Shown here: positions 17,447 to 26,829 of the stretch, piece by piece
Position numbering within the stretch: position 1 is the first letter of the stretch
How the letters are laid out: each line of letters opens with the position of its first letter
Assembly: GCA_017650365.1 (NCBI GenBank)
Contig: JAGCEZ010000055.1
Location: 7,453 to 71,452, forward strand
Direction of reading: 5' to 3'
DNA length: 64,000 nucleotides
DNA from: Fibrobacterales bacterium
Lineage (GTDB): Bacteria; Fibrobacterota; Fibrobacteria; Fibrobacterales; CADBQJ01
Notes under the pieces: model-generated
The model's database searches: none
What the model was told of the DNA's origin: nothing
What the model saw: only the letters and a program-made list of their open reading frames with translations
Position numbers and translations under genes: made by a program

Positions 17447-18724
17447 TCAGAAGATCCTGCGGAGGACGCCCCAGACGGCCTGGAGCGCTCCCGAACCCGC
17501 CTTGGCGACGGAATTTCCCTTCGAGGTCTGGCGCGCGGCCTTCGCCGCCAGATGGACCAGCCCGATGCCCTCGGTGTGGCACGGCTTGAGCGTCGAGCAG
17601 CGCAGCCCTTCCGTGCCCGTCTGCGTGACGCCGATTTCGACCGGAAGCTTGAGCACCTCCGCCGCGAGCTCCTTGATCCCGAAGAGGGACGCGCCGCCGC
17701 CGACCAGGACGGCCCCGGCCACCAGCTTGTCGCGGACCTTCTTCGCGTCGAGCTGGGCGCCCACGTCCTCGAAGATCTCGCGGATGCGGGGCTCGATGTA
17801 TCCGACGAGCTCGGAGCGCTTCACTTCGTGCGCGGGGCGGTTCCCGATGCCGGGGACCTTGACCGTGCAGTCCTCCACCTGGGAGATGCGGCAGGCGCCG
17901 TGCATGCACTTGATCTCCTCGGCGCAGTCCTCGTTGGCGTGCAGCCCCACGGCGAGGTCCCTCGTCACCGTGTCCCCCCCGAAGGGGATGGCGTGCGCGT
18001 AGCGGAGCGTCCCGTCGACGAAGACGGCGATGTTGGTGGAGCTGGAGCCGAGGTCGATCAGCACGACGCCCGCGTCCTTCTCCTCCTCGCTCAGCACCGC
18101 CTCGGCGCAGGCGAGGGTGCCCAGGTGGTAGCCGGCGACCTCGAGCTCGGCGCATTCCACCGCCTTGAACAGGTTGTCGCGGTTCTGCGGGTTGACCAGG
18201 ACCAGCTGGACCTTGGCCTCCAGGCGGACGCCCGTGCAGCCGCACGGGTCGGGGACGCGGTTCCCGTCCAGCATGTACTCGTTGGGGATCACGTCGAGGA
18301 TCTCGCGGTCGGAGGGAAGCTGGATGGCGGAGGACTGCTCGATCACCCGCGCGCGGTCGGTCTGGGTGATCTCCCGGTCGCCGGTCTTGGAGATGGTGAT
18401 CTGGCCGTTGCCCTCCATCGTGGTGGAGCTGCGCGCGGCGATGCCCACGGTCACGCGCCTGACGTCGACGCCCGCGACCTTCTCCGCCTCGGCCACGGCC
18501 TTCTGGATCGCCGCGGCGGCGCGCCGGACGTTGAGCACGGCGCCCGCGTTGATGCCGTTCTCGTCGCCGGAGTCGGATTCCCCCACGCCCACGATGTTGG
18601 GCAGGTCCGAATCGGGGACGATCTCCCCGATGACCACCTTGATCTTGGACGAGCCGACGTCCAGCCCGACGACGATCTGGTTCTCCGTCCTCGTCTTCAC
18701 CGTTCCCGTCTTGTCACGAGACAT
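17447..18724 (-). CDS. ftsA: Cell division protein FtsA
   Basis: ..IVVGLDVGSSKIKVVIGE.. actin-like fold. ATG 18724 is preceded by GGGGGG 7 nt upstream. The track start 18730 is a TTG. Confidence 0.92.
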   Translation of the reverse strand: MSRDKTGTVKTRTENQIVVGLDVGSSKIKVVIGEIVPDSDLPNIVGVGESDSGDENGINAGAVLNVRRAAAAIQKAVAEAEKVAGVDVRRVTVGIAARSSTTMEGNGQITISKTGDREITQTDRARVIEQSSAIQLPSDREILDVIPNEYMLDGNRVPDPCGCTGVRLEAKVQLVLVNPQNRDNLFKAVECAELEVAGYHLGTLACAEAVLSEEEKDAGVVLIDLGSSSTNIAVFVDGTLRYAHAIPFGGDTVTRDLAVGLHANEDCAEEIKCMHGACRISQVEDCTVKVPGIGNRPAHEVKRSELVGYIEPRIREIFEDVGAQLDAKKVRDKLVAGAVLVGGGASLFGIKELAAEVLKLPVEIGVTQTGTEGLRCSTLKPCHTEGIGLVHLAAKAARQTSKGNSVAKAGSGALQAVWGVLRRIF

Positions 18725-19535
18725 ACGCAAACCCCCCGAATCTCATGTCGACCGTTTTCGCCTGCTGCAGGTCAGGCCTGTTCTCCAGATGCCGGCGATA
18801 GCGCCGCAGGGCCACGACGCCCTCTTCGTCCAGCGCGATCGTCACGCGGTGCCGGCCCGAGGAGAGCCAGACGTCCGCGAATTCCCCGCGGCCCCGGGGG
18901 CGGACGACCGAAAGGTCGCTCCACAGCTCCGGGACCTCCTTCGCCTTCTCCAGGAAGCGCGACACGCGGGTCCAGTTCGTTTTCCCCTCCGCCTCGACCA
19001 GCGGAAGCTCGTAGTCCTCGCGGCGCCCCATGCGCGCCACGCGCGCGTCCAGGGGCTCCACCTTCCCGCCGGAGGAGAGCACCCACCACGTCCCGGAGCC
19101 CTTCGGCCGGAAACGCGCGAGCAGGGGCTCCTCCCTCACCTCCAGGACGAGCAGCCCCTCCTGGATCTCGCGCCGCACGGAGACGCTTCCGCCCTTCACG
19201 CCGTCGAGCACCGCGGCGCGGACCGACGCGAGGCTGACCTGCTCCATGGGCATCCCCTTCTCCAGCCCGAGGCGGCCCATCAGGCTCTCGCCGCAGGCGA
19301 TCTCGCCGCGGCACTCCACCGCGCGCAGCACGCCGCCGCCGCTGCGGTGCCACCACGACAGCGCGCCCCAGGCGCACACGGCGGCAAGCGAAAGGCAGAC
19401 GGCGCCGAACATTCCGAGGCGTCCGGCGCGCAGGGCGCGGCGGACGGCGGCGACCAGGGCCGCGGCCCGCTCCGCGCGCCGCCGCTCGATCTCGCGGAGC
19501 TCGTTCGTCCCGATTCTGCGCCTGGTTCCGATCAT
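18714..19535 (-). CDS. ftsQ: Cell division protein FtsQ (single TM plus POTRA-like region)
   Basis: Position between murC and ftsA. Arg-rich cytoplasmic head, TM segment GMFGAVCLSLAAVCAWGALSWW, periplasmic domain. ATGA overlap with the murC stop. Confidence 0.75.
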   Translation of the reverse strand: MIGTRRRIGTNELREIERRRAERAAALVAAVRRALRAGRLGMFGAVCLSLAAVCAWGALSWWHRSGGGVLRAVECRGEIACGESLMGRLGLEKGMPMEQVSLASVRAAVLDGVKGGSVSVRREIQEGLLVLEVREEPLLARFRPKGSGTWWVLSSGGKVEPLDARVARMGRREDYELPLVEAEGKTNWTRVSRFLEKAKEVPELWSDLSVVRPRGRGEFADVWLSSGRHRVTIALDEEGVVALRRYRRHLENRPDLQQAKTVDMRFGGFAYVS

Positions 19536-20920
19536 TTTCCGAGGGCCTCCAGGATCGGGGCGCACATTCCGCCGACGTCGCCGGCGCCCATCACGACGAC
19601 GATGTCGCCGCTCTCCGTCTTCTCCTTCAGGACGGCGGGCGCGTCGGAGAGCGCGCCGAGCTCGACCACGTTGCGGTGCCCGCGCCGGCGGGCCGCCTCC
19701 ACGACGAGCGCGGAGGTGATCCCCTCGATCGGCTTTTCGCGCGCCCCGTAGATCGGCGCGACGACGAGGAGGTCGGCGTTGAGGAACGCGGCGCCGAAGG
19801 CCTCGGCCTGGTCGCGCGTCCGGGTGTAGAGGTGCGGCTGGAAGAGGACCGCGACGCGCCTTCCGGGCCAGTTCTCGCGGGCAGCGGCGAGCGTGGCCTC
19901 CGCTTCGCGCGGATGGTGCGCGTAGTCCTCGAAGACGTCGATCCCGCCGGCGCTCCCCTTGCGCTCGAACCGGCGGCGGACCCCGGCGAACTGCGGAAGC
20001 GCCTTGAGCGCGGCCTCGAGCGGCACGCCCTCCTCGCATGTGACGGCGACGGCCGCCAGGGCGTTGAGCACGTTGTGGCGCCCGGGGACGCCGACGACGA
20101 CCTCGCCGCGGTTCTCGCCGCGGACGATCAGGGCGAAGCGCGAGGAGGCGCCTTCGGGGCGCACGTCCGCCGCGCGGTAGTCGGCCTGCGCCGAGAAGCC
20201 GTAGGAGACGACGCGGCGGCGCAGCTTCGGCACCACTTCGCGCACGCCGGGGTCGTCGATGCAGGCGACCGCGTAGCCGTAGAACGGGATCTTGTTCGCG
20301 AACGCCACGAAGGCGCCGCGGATCGACTCGATGTCGCCGTAGCAGTCGAGGTGGTCGGCGTCCACGTTGGTCAGGACCGCCACGGAGGGGTTCATCTCGA
20401 GGAAGGAGCGGTCGTACTCGTCGGCCTCGGCGATGAGGTAGTCGCTCTCGCCGTACTGCGCGCCGCCGCCCAGCTTGTCCACGATCCCGCCGACGATGAT
20501 GGTCGGGCGCAGGTCGGCCTGGTTCCAGATCTGGCCGATCATCGAGGTGGTGGTGGTCTTGCCGTGCGTCCCCGCGACGGCGATCGAATACTTCAGGCGC
20601 ATGAGCTCGCCGAGCATCTCCGCGCGGCGGATCACCGGGATCCCGCGCTCCACGCCCGCGAGGCGCTCGGGGTTGTCCTTCGGGACGGCCGAGGAGTAGA
20701 CCACGAGGTCCGCGTCCTTCACCCATTCCGCGCTGTGCCCGACGTGCACCTTGATCCCGAGCCTCTCCAGGCGGCGGAGCGTCTCGCCGTCGCGCGCGTC
20801 GGAGCCGGAGACCTCGAAGCCGTGGGCCTTGAGCACTTCGGCGATGCCGTTCATCCCCGCTCCGCCGATGCCGACGAAGTGGATCTTCCTGAACCGGGAC
20901 GATGCGACGTTTCCGATCAT
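19532..20920 (-). CDS. murC: UDP-N-acetylmuramate--L-alanine ligase
   Basis: KIHFVGIGGAGMNGIAEVL.., GTHGKTTTTSM P-loop. ATGA overlap with the murG stop. Confidence 0.93.
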   Translation of the reverse strand: MIGNVASSRFRKIHFVGIGGAGMNGIAEVLKAHGFEVSGSDARDGETLRRLERLGIKVHVGHSAEWVKDADLVVYSSAVPKDNPERLAGVERGIPVIRRAEMLGELMRLKYSIAVAGTHGKTTTTSMIGQIWNQADLRPTIIVGGIVDKLGGGAQYGESDYLIAEADEYDRSFLEMNPSVAVLTNVDADHLDCYGDIESIRGAFVAFANKIPFYGYAVACIDDPGVREVVPKLRRRVVSYGFSAQADYRAADVRPEGASSRFALIVRGENRGEVVVGVPGRHNVLNALAAVAVTCEEGVPLEAALKALPQFAGVRRRFERKGSAGGIDVFEDYAHHPREAEATLAAARENWPGRRVAVLFQPHLYTRTRDQAEAFGAAFLNADLLVVAPIYGAREKPIEGITSALVVEAARRRGHRNVVELGALSDAPAVLKEKTESGDIVVVMGAGDVGGMCAPILEALGK

Positions 20921-21984
20921 CGTTCGACCTCCGCGTGGATCCGCTTCGCGATCTCCATCGCGCTGTCCGGATGCCCGAGCTCCAGCGCGGCCTTCCCCAT
21001 CGACTCCAGGCGGGCGGGGTCGTCGAGCAGCGAGGAGATCTTGTTCCAGAGGTCGTCGGGCTCGGACTCCAGCTCCACGAGCGCGGCGCCGGCGCGTTCC
21101 AGCGTCCGGGCGTTGTGCTCCTGGTGGTTCGCGGTGGCGAAGGGGAAGGGGACGAGGACCGTCGGCTTCCCGAAGGCGGTGATCTCGGCCAGCGTGGAGG
21201 CGCCGGCGCGGCAGACGACCAGCGTCGCGTTCTGCATGTAGGGATAGACCTGCGACACGAAGGCGGTCGGGTGGACGTTCGCGAATCCCTTCGTCGCCGC
21301 GGAGACCTCGTCGAACTGCGCGGGGCCGGTCTGCCAGACCATCGAGAGCCCGGGACGCGCGCCGATCTTCTCCGCGCATCCGAGCAGGCGGTCGTTCAGC
21401 CCCTTGGCGCCCTGCGATCCGCCCATCACCAGGATCCGCTCCGCCGCGCCCTCGAACTCCGCGGGCACGGGGAGCTTTTCGCCCACGGGGAGCGGGCGGA
21501 CGGGGTTGCCGGAGAGTTCGTGCGGGCACTTGAGCGCCTTCGCGGCGCTCTCGTCCGCGAGGAAGACCTTGCGCGCGAAGCGGCTGGACACGCGGTTCGC
21601 GACGCCGGCGACCGCGTTCTGCTCCTGCAGGTAGACCGGAATCCCGAGGATCCGCGCCGCGGCGGCGACCGGAAGCGAGACGTAGCCGCCGGTCGCGACC
21701 ACCACGTCGGGGCGCTCGCGGCGCACGGCCTTCAGCGCGGAGAAGAGCGAGCGGACCAGGCGGACGGGAAGGAGCAGGTTCGCGGCCAGGCTCCCGCGCT
21801 TCAGGGGCCAGGCGAGCACGGGGACGAAGGGCCAGCGGTCGCCGACCAGCCGGCGCTCCATGCCCTCCTCGCGCCCGGCGAACACGGCCGTGCCGAAGCC
21901 GGCCTTCTCCCAGGACTCCGCGAGGGCGATCGCGGGATAGACGTGGCCGCCGGTTCCGCCGCAGGCGAACATCGTTTTCTTCAT
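20917..21984 (-). CDS. murG: Lipid II synthase MurG (UDP-GlcNAc transferase)
   Basis: MKKTMFACGGTGGHVYPAIALAE.., ..VVCRAGASTLAEITAFGKPTVLVPFP..HQEHNA. ATGA overlap with the ftsW stop. Confidence 0.92.
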   Translation of the reverse strand: MKKTMFACGGTGGHVYPAIALAESWEKAGFGTAVFAGREEGMERRLVGDRWPFVPVLAWPLKRGSLAANLLLPVRLVRSLFSALKAVRRERPDVVVATGGYVSLPVAAAARILGIPVYLQEQNAVAGVANRVSSRFARKVFLADESAAKALKCPHELSGNPVRPLPVGEKLPVPAEFEGAAERILVMGGSQGAKGLNDRLLGCAEKIGARPGLSMVWQTGPAQFDEVSAATKGFANVHPTAFVSQVYPYMQNATLVVCRAGASTLAEITAFGKPTVLVPFPFATANHQEHNARTLERAGAALVELESEPDDLWNKISSLLDDPARLESMGKAALELGHPDSAMEIAKRIHAEVER

Positions 21985-23105
21985 GCCTTTTCTCCTTCCG
22001 TGGAGTTCTTGCGCGACAGGCCGAGGAGCACGCCGCAGGCGAACAGCGAGACCACCATGCTCGTTCCGCCGTAGCTGATCAGGGGCAGGGGCTGGCCGGT
22101 CGCCGGCCCGAGCTGGACGCAGACGCCGACGTGGATGAAGACGTTCAGCGCGAGCAGCATGGTCATCCCGAAGGCGACCAGGAGGCGGAACACGTCCTCC
22201 TGCCCGCGCGCGATCCTGACGCCGCGCCAGATCAGCACGCCGAAGAGGAAGAGGACGAGCGCGGCCCCGAGGAAGCCGAGCTGCTCCCCGAGCATCGAGA
22301 AGATCGCGTCCGTGAAGGGTTCCGAGACCTGGCCGTTCCCGAGCGCGCCGCGCCCGATGCCCGTCCCGGTCAGCTGCCCGTTGCCGAGCGCCTTGAGCAT
22401 GTCGCTCTGGTGCGTCGCGGCGTTCGCGGCCATCGTCCCGGCCTTGTCGCCCATGCCCAGGAGCGCGGCGATGCGGGCGCGGGAGTGCGCCTGGCTCATC
22501 AGGACGACGCCGATCGCGGGAAGCCCGCAGAGCGCGAGCAGGGCGATGTGGAAGAGCCGGCATCCCCAGACGAAGAGCATCCCGATCCCGATTCCCGTCA
22601 CGATGAGGGCCATGGAGTTGCTCGGCTCGAGGACGAGGAGGAAGGCGACCAGCCCGACGGAGACCAGCGGCGGGAGCATGCCCTGCGAGAAGGAGTCCTT
22701 GAGATGCTCGGTCGCCTTGAGCTTGAACGCCAGGAAGAAGACGATCGCGATCTTCGCGATCTCGGAGGGCTGGACGCTCATCGGGCCGCGGAACCAGCGC
22801 TGGGCGCCGTTGAGGTTCTTCCCCAGCCCCGGCACGAGGACCAGGACGAGAAGGGCCACGGAGAGGACGAAAAGCGGGCGCGCGATCCTCTCCCACGACC
22901 TCGCGGGGACGAGGAGCGCGCCGAACATCACCGCGCACCCGGCGGCGACGTTGGCCAGGTGCTTCCAGAAGAAGTAGGAGGAGGCGAGGTCCCGGCGCTG
23001 CGCCATGTAGACGCTCGAACCGAAGACGATGGCCACGCCGAGCGCGAGCAGAACGAGCACGCACCCGAGCATGATCCTGTCCACCGGTCCCACGCGTCCG
23101 TCCAT
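21981..23105 (-). CDS. ftsW: SEDS-family peptidoglycan polymerase FtsW
   Basis: 374 aa, about 10 TM segments, SEDS motifs (..QPSEIAKIAIVFFLA.., ..PLPLISYGGTSMVV..), located in the dcw cluster. Confidence 0.9.
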   Translation of the reverse strand: MDGRVGPVDRIMLGCVLVLLALGVAIVFGSSVYMAQRRDLASSYFFWKHLANVAAGCAVMFGALLVPARSWERIARPLFVLSVALLVLVLVPGLGKNLNGAQRWFRGPMSVQPSEIAKIAIVFFLAFKLKATEHLKDSFSQGMLPPLVSVGLVAFLLVLEPSNSMALIVTGIGIGMLFVWGCRLFHIALLALCGLPAIGVVLMSQAHSRARIAALLGMGDKAGTMAANAATHQSDMLKALGNGQLTGTGIGRGALGNGQVSEPFTDAIFSMLGEQLGFLGAALVLFLFGVLIWRGVRIARGQEDVFRLLVAFGMTMLLALNVFIHVGVCVQLGPATGQPLPLISYGGTSMVVSLFACGVLLGLSRKNSTEGEKA

Positions 23106-23108
23106 CGG

Positions 23109-24002
23109 CTACGCCTCCGAAACCGTCCTGGCCCATTCCGCGCCGAGCCTGAGCGCCTCGACCTCGGCGCACCCCACCGCCGGGAAGCAGACGACCGCCG
23201 TCTCCCCGTCGGAGATCTTCAGCGCCTTCGCGAGGGCCGACTTCATCGACGAGACCGCGTAGACGTCCATGCTGCGGCGGAGGACGCTCCGCTGCGCGCG
23301 CGGAAGCGACATCAGGTGGATCAGCGTGCAGTCGCCGGAGATCATCAGCTCCTCGAGCCGGGAGTCCAGGACGACGAAGTTCCCGCCGAGCACGACGAAG
23401 GCCGGCCCGGGCATCCAGCGCAGCGCCCTGCGGACGTCGTCCTGGGAGCGGAAGGCGTGGCCGTCCAGGAAGCGGATCCCGGCGACGCGCCCGACTTCGC
23501 GCAGGCGGCCGTTCCCCATGCAGCAGGAGAGGAGCGCCTCGCGCATGCGTTCCGGCGACGCGCCCTGCCACGCCGCCCACTGCAGCGCGCAGACCGCGAC
23601 GTCCAGCCACGAGGGGTCGGGAAGCGTGATCTCGTCGACCACGGCGATCACGCGCGCGCAGCGGTTCGTGACGAGCGACACCATTCCGTCGCGCACGCGG
23701 ACGCTTCCGTCCTCCGCGTCGAGCTCGCGCGCCGCGCCGAGGACCGCCGCGCAGAACGCGCGGTCGAGCCGCAGCACCGAGAAGCCGTCCGTGATCTCCA
23801 GCGACTCCGCGTCCGGCTCGCCGGCGATTTCGGCGATTTCCGGCTTCCCTTCGCGCTCCGCGGCGTTCCACAGGTCGAGGAAGAACGACTGCCACCCGCG
23901 CGCGGGCGTCGCCTCCAGGCGGGCGTCCTTCAGCATCCAGAGCTGTTCGCGCCGGGCGAGGATCCCGTCGGCGGCGTCGGTCTTTTCCATCAGCGCGTTC
24001 AT
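23109..24002 (-). CDS. MurD-like protein lacking the N-terminal Rossmann domain and ATP-binding P-loop (probable pseudoenzyme)
   Basis: 297 aa. The C-terminal two thirds are colinear with E. coli MurD as recalled from memory: [20 protein letters not shown] vs [20 protein letters not shown]; VVLGG vs LLLGG; [29 protein letters not shown] vs [29 protein letters not shown]. No GxxGKT/S motif. Intact ORF with very high GC3 and an ATGA overlap with the murF stop. Confidence 0.6.
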   Translation of the reverse strand: [297 protein letters not shown]

Positions 24003-25378
24003 CTGCGTTCCTCCCGGGTTTCGAGCGTTTCGACCACGCGGTCCAGCCGCATCGAGTGCGATGCCTTCACGAGCACCAGGTCGCCCGGACAGGCGGATCC
24101 GGCGACGATTCCGCCGGCCTCCTCCGCGTCCGCGCAGTGAATCCACGCCGCGGGGTCGAGCCCGGCCTCCACGGCCGCCTCGCCCAGCCTCTTCGAGATC
24201 TTCCCGACCGTCACCAGGCGGTCGAATCCGTTCGCGGGCACCAGCGCGCCCGTCTCCGCGTGCATCTCCGCGGCGCCTTCGCCCAGCTCCAGCATGTCGC
24301 CCAGGACCGCGATCCGGTTCCCGGAGACGCGCATCCGGCCCACGGTCTCCAGCGCGGCGCGCATCGACGTGGGGTTGGCGTTGTAGCAGTCCGCGGCCAC
24401 GCGCACGCCGCCGGCCTCGCGCAGCTGCATCCGCATCTCCGCGCCGCGGAAGTTCCGGAGCGCGGCGGCCATCTCGCCCTTCGGCACCTTGCAGACGGTC
24501 CCGACGGCGATCGCGCCCAGCGCGTCGTAGAGCGAATGGACGCCGGGGACCGAAAGCCGGAACTCCGTGCGGCCGATGACGAAGCGGGCGCAGGCGTTCT
24601 CGTCCCACGTCAGGTTCTTCGGGCGCACCTGCCCGCGGTTCACGCCGAAGGTCAGGAGCCGGTGCCGCGTCGTGGAGCGCAGGCGGCAGAGCATGTCGTC
24701 GTCGGCGTTGACCACGAGCCAGCCGCCCTGGCGCAGCCCCTGCGCGATCGAGCTCTTCTCGCGGAACACGCCGCGGCGGTCGCCGAAGAACTCGAGGTGC
24801 GAGTCGCCGACCATCGTGATCAGCGCGACGTCGGGCAGGACCGCGTTCGTCAGCGAGGCGATCTCGCCGGGGTGGTTCGTCCCCATCTCCACGACCGCGT
24901 AGCGGTGCTCGTGCTTCAGGCGGAAGAGCGTGAGCGGCACGCCGACCTGGTTGTTGAAGTTCCCCTCCGTCGCGATTCCCTTCCAGCGGCGCGAGAGGAT
25001 GGCGTGGACCATCTCCTTGGTCGTGGTCTTGCCGTTGCTGCCGGTGATCGCGATCTTGCGCGCGGCGAACTTCTTCCCGTACCAGGAGGCGAGCGAGAGC
25101 AGCGCCTCGGCGGTGTTCTTCACCGGGACGTAGGCCGCGATCTCGCCCTTCTGGCGGGCAACCCATTTTTCGTCGACGATCGCCATGGCAGCTCCTCGCG
25201 CCAGCACCTGGCGCACGAAATCGTGTCCGTCGAACCGTTCGCCCTTCAGGGCCAGGAAGACCGAGCCCTCGCCCGCCTTCCTCGAGTCCAGGCAGAGGTC
25301 CACCGGGAGGTCGAGCGCCGCCGCGGCCGCGCCGCAGACCGGCGCGCCGAGGGCTCCCGGAAGTTCCGCTATTTTCAT
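23999..25378 (-). CDS. murF: UDP-MurNAc-tripeptide--D-Ala-D-Ala ligase
   Basis: MKIAELPGALG..DSRKAGEGSVFLALKGERFDGHDF.., ITGSNGKTTTKEM. Alternative GTG start at 25390 (GTGA overlap with the murE stop). Confidence 0.9.
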   Translation of the reverse strand: MKIAELPGALGAPVCGAAAAALDLPVDLCLDSRKAGEGSVFLALKGERFDGHDFVRQVLARGAAMAIVDEKWVARQKGEIAAYVPVKNTAEALLSLASWYGKKFAARKIAITGSNGKTTTKEMVHAILSRRWKGIATEGNFNNQVGVPLTLFRLKHEHRYAVVEMGTNHPGEIASLTNAVLPDVALITMVGDSHLEFFGDRRGVFREKSSIAQGLRQGGWLVVNADDDMLCRLRSTTRHRLLTFGVNRGQVRPKNLTWDENACARFVIGRTEFRLSVPGVHSLYDALGAIAVGTVCKVPKGEMAAALRNFRGAEMRMQLREAGGVRVAADCYNANPTSMRAALETVGRMRVSGNRIAVLGDMLELGEGAAEMHAETGALVPANGFDRLVTVGKISKRLGEAAVEAGLDPAAWIHCADAEEAGGIVAGSACPGDLVLVKASHSMRLDRVVETLETREERR

Positions 25379-25386
25379 GTCGAGTT

Positions 25387-26829
25387 TCACTTCCGGCCCT
25401 CCCAGGCCTTTCCGGCCTCCACGGCGTCGTCGAACGGAACCCGCTCGTCGCCGAAGATCTGGTAGTTCTCGTGCCCCTTGCCCGCGAGGAGGAGGACGTC
25501 CCCTTCGCGCAGGGACTCCACGCCCAGGGCGATCGCGCGACGGCGGTCGGGCTCGACCGTGCAGCGCGTCCCCGCGGGGATCCCGGGCTTCACGTCCCCG
25601 ATGATCGCCAGCGGGTCCTCGTGGCGCGGGTTGTCGGACGTGAGGATCAGTTCGTCGGCCCACTTCGCCGCGGCCGCGCCCATCTTCGGGCGCTTGGTCC
25701 GGTCGCGGTCCCCGCCGCATCCGAACAGGACGACCAGGCGGCCGCGCGCGTTCGGGCGGAGCGCCTGGAGGACGCGTTCGATCGCGTCGGGCGTGTGGGC
25801 GTAGTCCACGACCACGGTCCCGCGCCCTTCGAGGACGACCTGCATGCGCCCGGGCACGCGGACCTTCTCGAAGCCCTCCTCGACCGCGCGGAGGGGGACG
25901 CCGGCGGCCAGGGCCCAGGCCGCGGCGCCGAGGAGGTTCTCCTGGTTGAACGCGCCGGGAAGGGGGCTGCGGAGCAGCAGCTCGCCCGCGGGCGTGGCCA
26001 CGCGCATGCGCTGCGAAAGCCCGGTTCCCTCGTCGGCGAGCAGCGCGACGTCCGCGGTCCTGTCGACGCGCGAGACGCGCCAGGCCGAGGAGCCCAGTTC
26101 GCGCGCGAGGCGGGCGCCGTATTCCGAATCGACGTTGACCGCGGCGCGGCCGCCCGCTTCGAGGAAGTCCGTGAAGAGGCGCAGCTTCGCGCGGTAGTAG
26201 TTCTCCATGTCCCCGTGGTAGTCGAGGTGGTCCTGCGTGAGGTTCGTGAAGGCGGCCGCGGAGACGCGCAGGTTCCCGAGTCGGCCCTGGTCGAGCGCGT
26301 GGGAGGAGGCCTCGAAGACGAGGTCGCGGATTCCCTCGTCCCGGACGGACGCGGCGAACCGGTGGAAGTCGAGGAGTCCGGGCGTGGTGAGCCGCGCCTG
26401 CTCCGCGCGGTTTCCGATCCGGTTCGAGACCGTGCCGAGGAGCCCGCAGGGGCGGCCCGCGGCGCGCAGCGCCGCCTCCATGAGGAAGGTGGAGGTCGTC
26501 TTGCCGTTCGTCCCGGTGACCGCCCAGAGCTTCAGCTCCGGCGAGGGCAGGCCCCACATGCGCGAGGCGAGGTCCGCCATCCTCCCGCCGATGTTTTCGC
26601 AGCGCAGGATCCGCGCGCCGTCCCCTTCGCCCTCGACGAGCGCGGCGGCGGCGCCCGCGGCGAACGCGGCGTCCACGTAGCGGGCGCCGTCGTCGGCGTG
26701 GCCGGCGCGCGCCAGGAAGAGGTCGCCCGGGACCACGCGGCGCGAATCGTCCTGGAGGCCGGAGATCTCGATCCCCGCGGCGCTTTCCGGAACGTCGGCG
26801 AACCCGGCGAGAAGGTCCTTCAGCTTCAT
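25387..26829 (-). CDS. murE: UDP-MurNAc-L-Ala-D-Glu--2,6-diaminopimelate ligase
   Basis: VTGTNGKTTSTF P-loop. SDNPRHEDP (DNPR motif) indicates meso-DAP specificity. ATGA overlap with the ftsI stop. Confidence 0.92.
   Translation of the reverse strand: MKLKDLLAGFADVPESAAGIEISGLQDDSRRVVPGDLFLARAGHADDGARYVDAAFAAGAAAALVEGEGDGARILRCENIGGRMADLASRMWGLPSPELKLWAVTGTNGKTTSTFLMEAALRAAGRPCGLLGTVSNRIGNRAEQARLTTPGLLDFHRFAASVRDEGIRDLVFEASSHALDQGRLGNLRVSAAAFTNLTQDHLDYHGDMENYYRAKLRLFTDFLEAGGRAAVNVDSEYGARLARELGSSAWRVSRVDRTADVALLADEGTGLSQRMRVATPAGELLLRSPLPGAFNQENLLGAAAWALAAGVPLRAVEEGFEKVRVPGRMQVVLEGRGTVVVDYAHTPDAIERVLQALRPNARGRLVVLFGCGGDRDRTKRPKMGAAAAKWADELILTSDNPRHEDPLAIIGDVKPGIPAGTRCTVEPDRRRAIALGVESLREGDVLLLAGKGHENYQIFGDERVPFDDAVEAGKAWEGRK

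Noticed and set aside
16577-21241. Plus-strand ORFs 16577..19237 (886 aa), 18165..19751, 19676..21241 and minus ORF 17148..18245
   Set aside because: Antisense to, or out of frame with, ftsZ, ftsA, ftsQ and murC, which all carry diagnostic motifs in another frame.
24003-25166. Upstream extension of the MurD-like ORF (track ORF 23109..25166, 685 aa), which might have supplied the missing MurD N-terminus
   Set aside because: The extension is an out-of-frame reading of murF (Arg/Gly/Asp-rich, no Rossmann or P-loop motif). The ATG at 24002 forms the standard ATGA junction with the murF stop.
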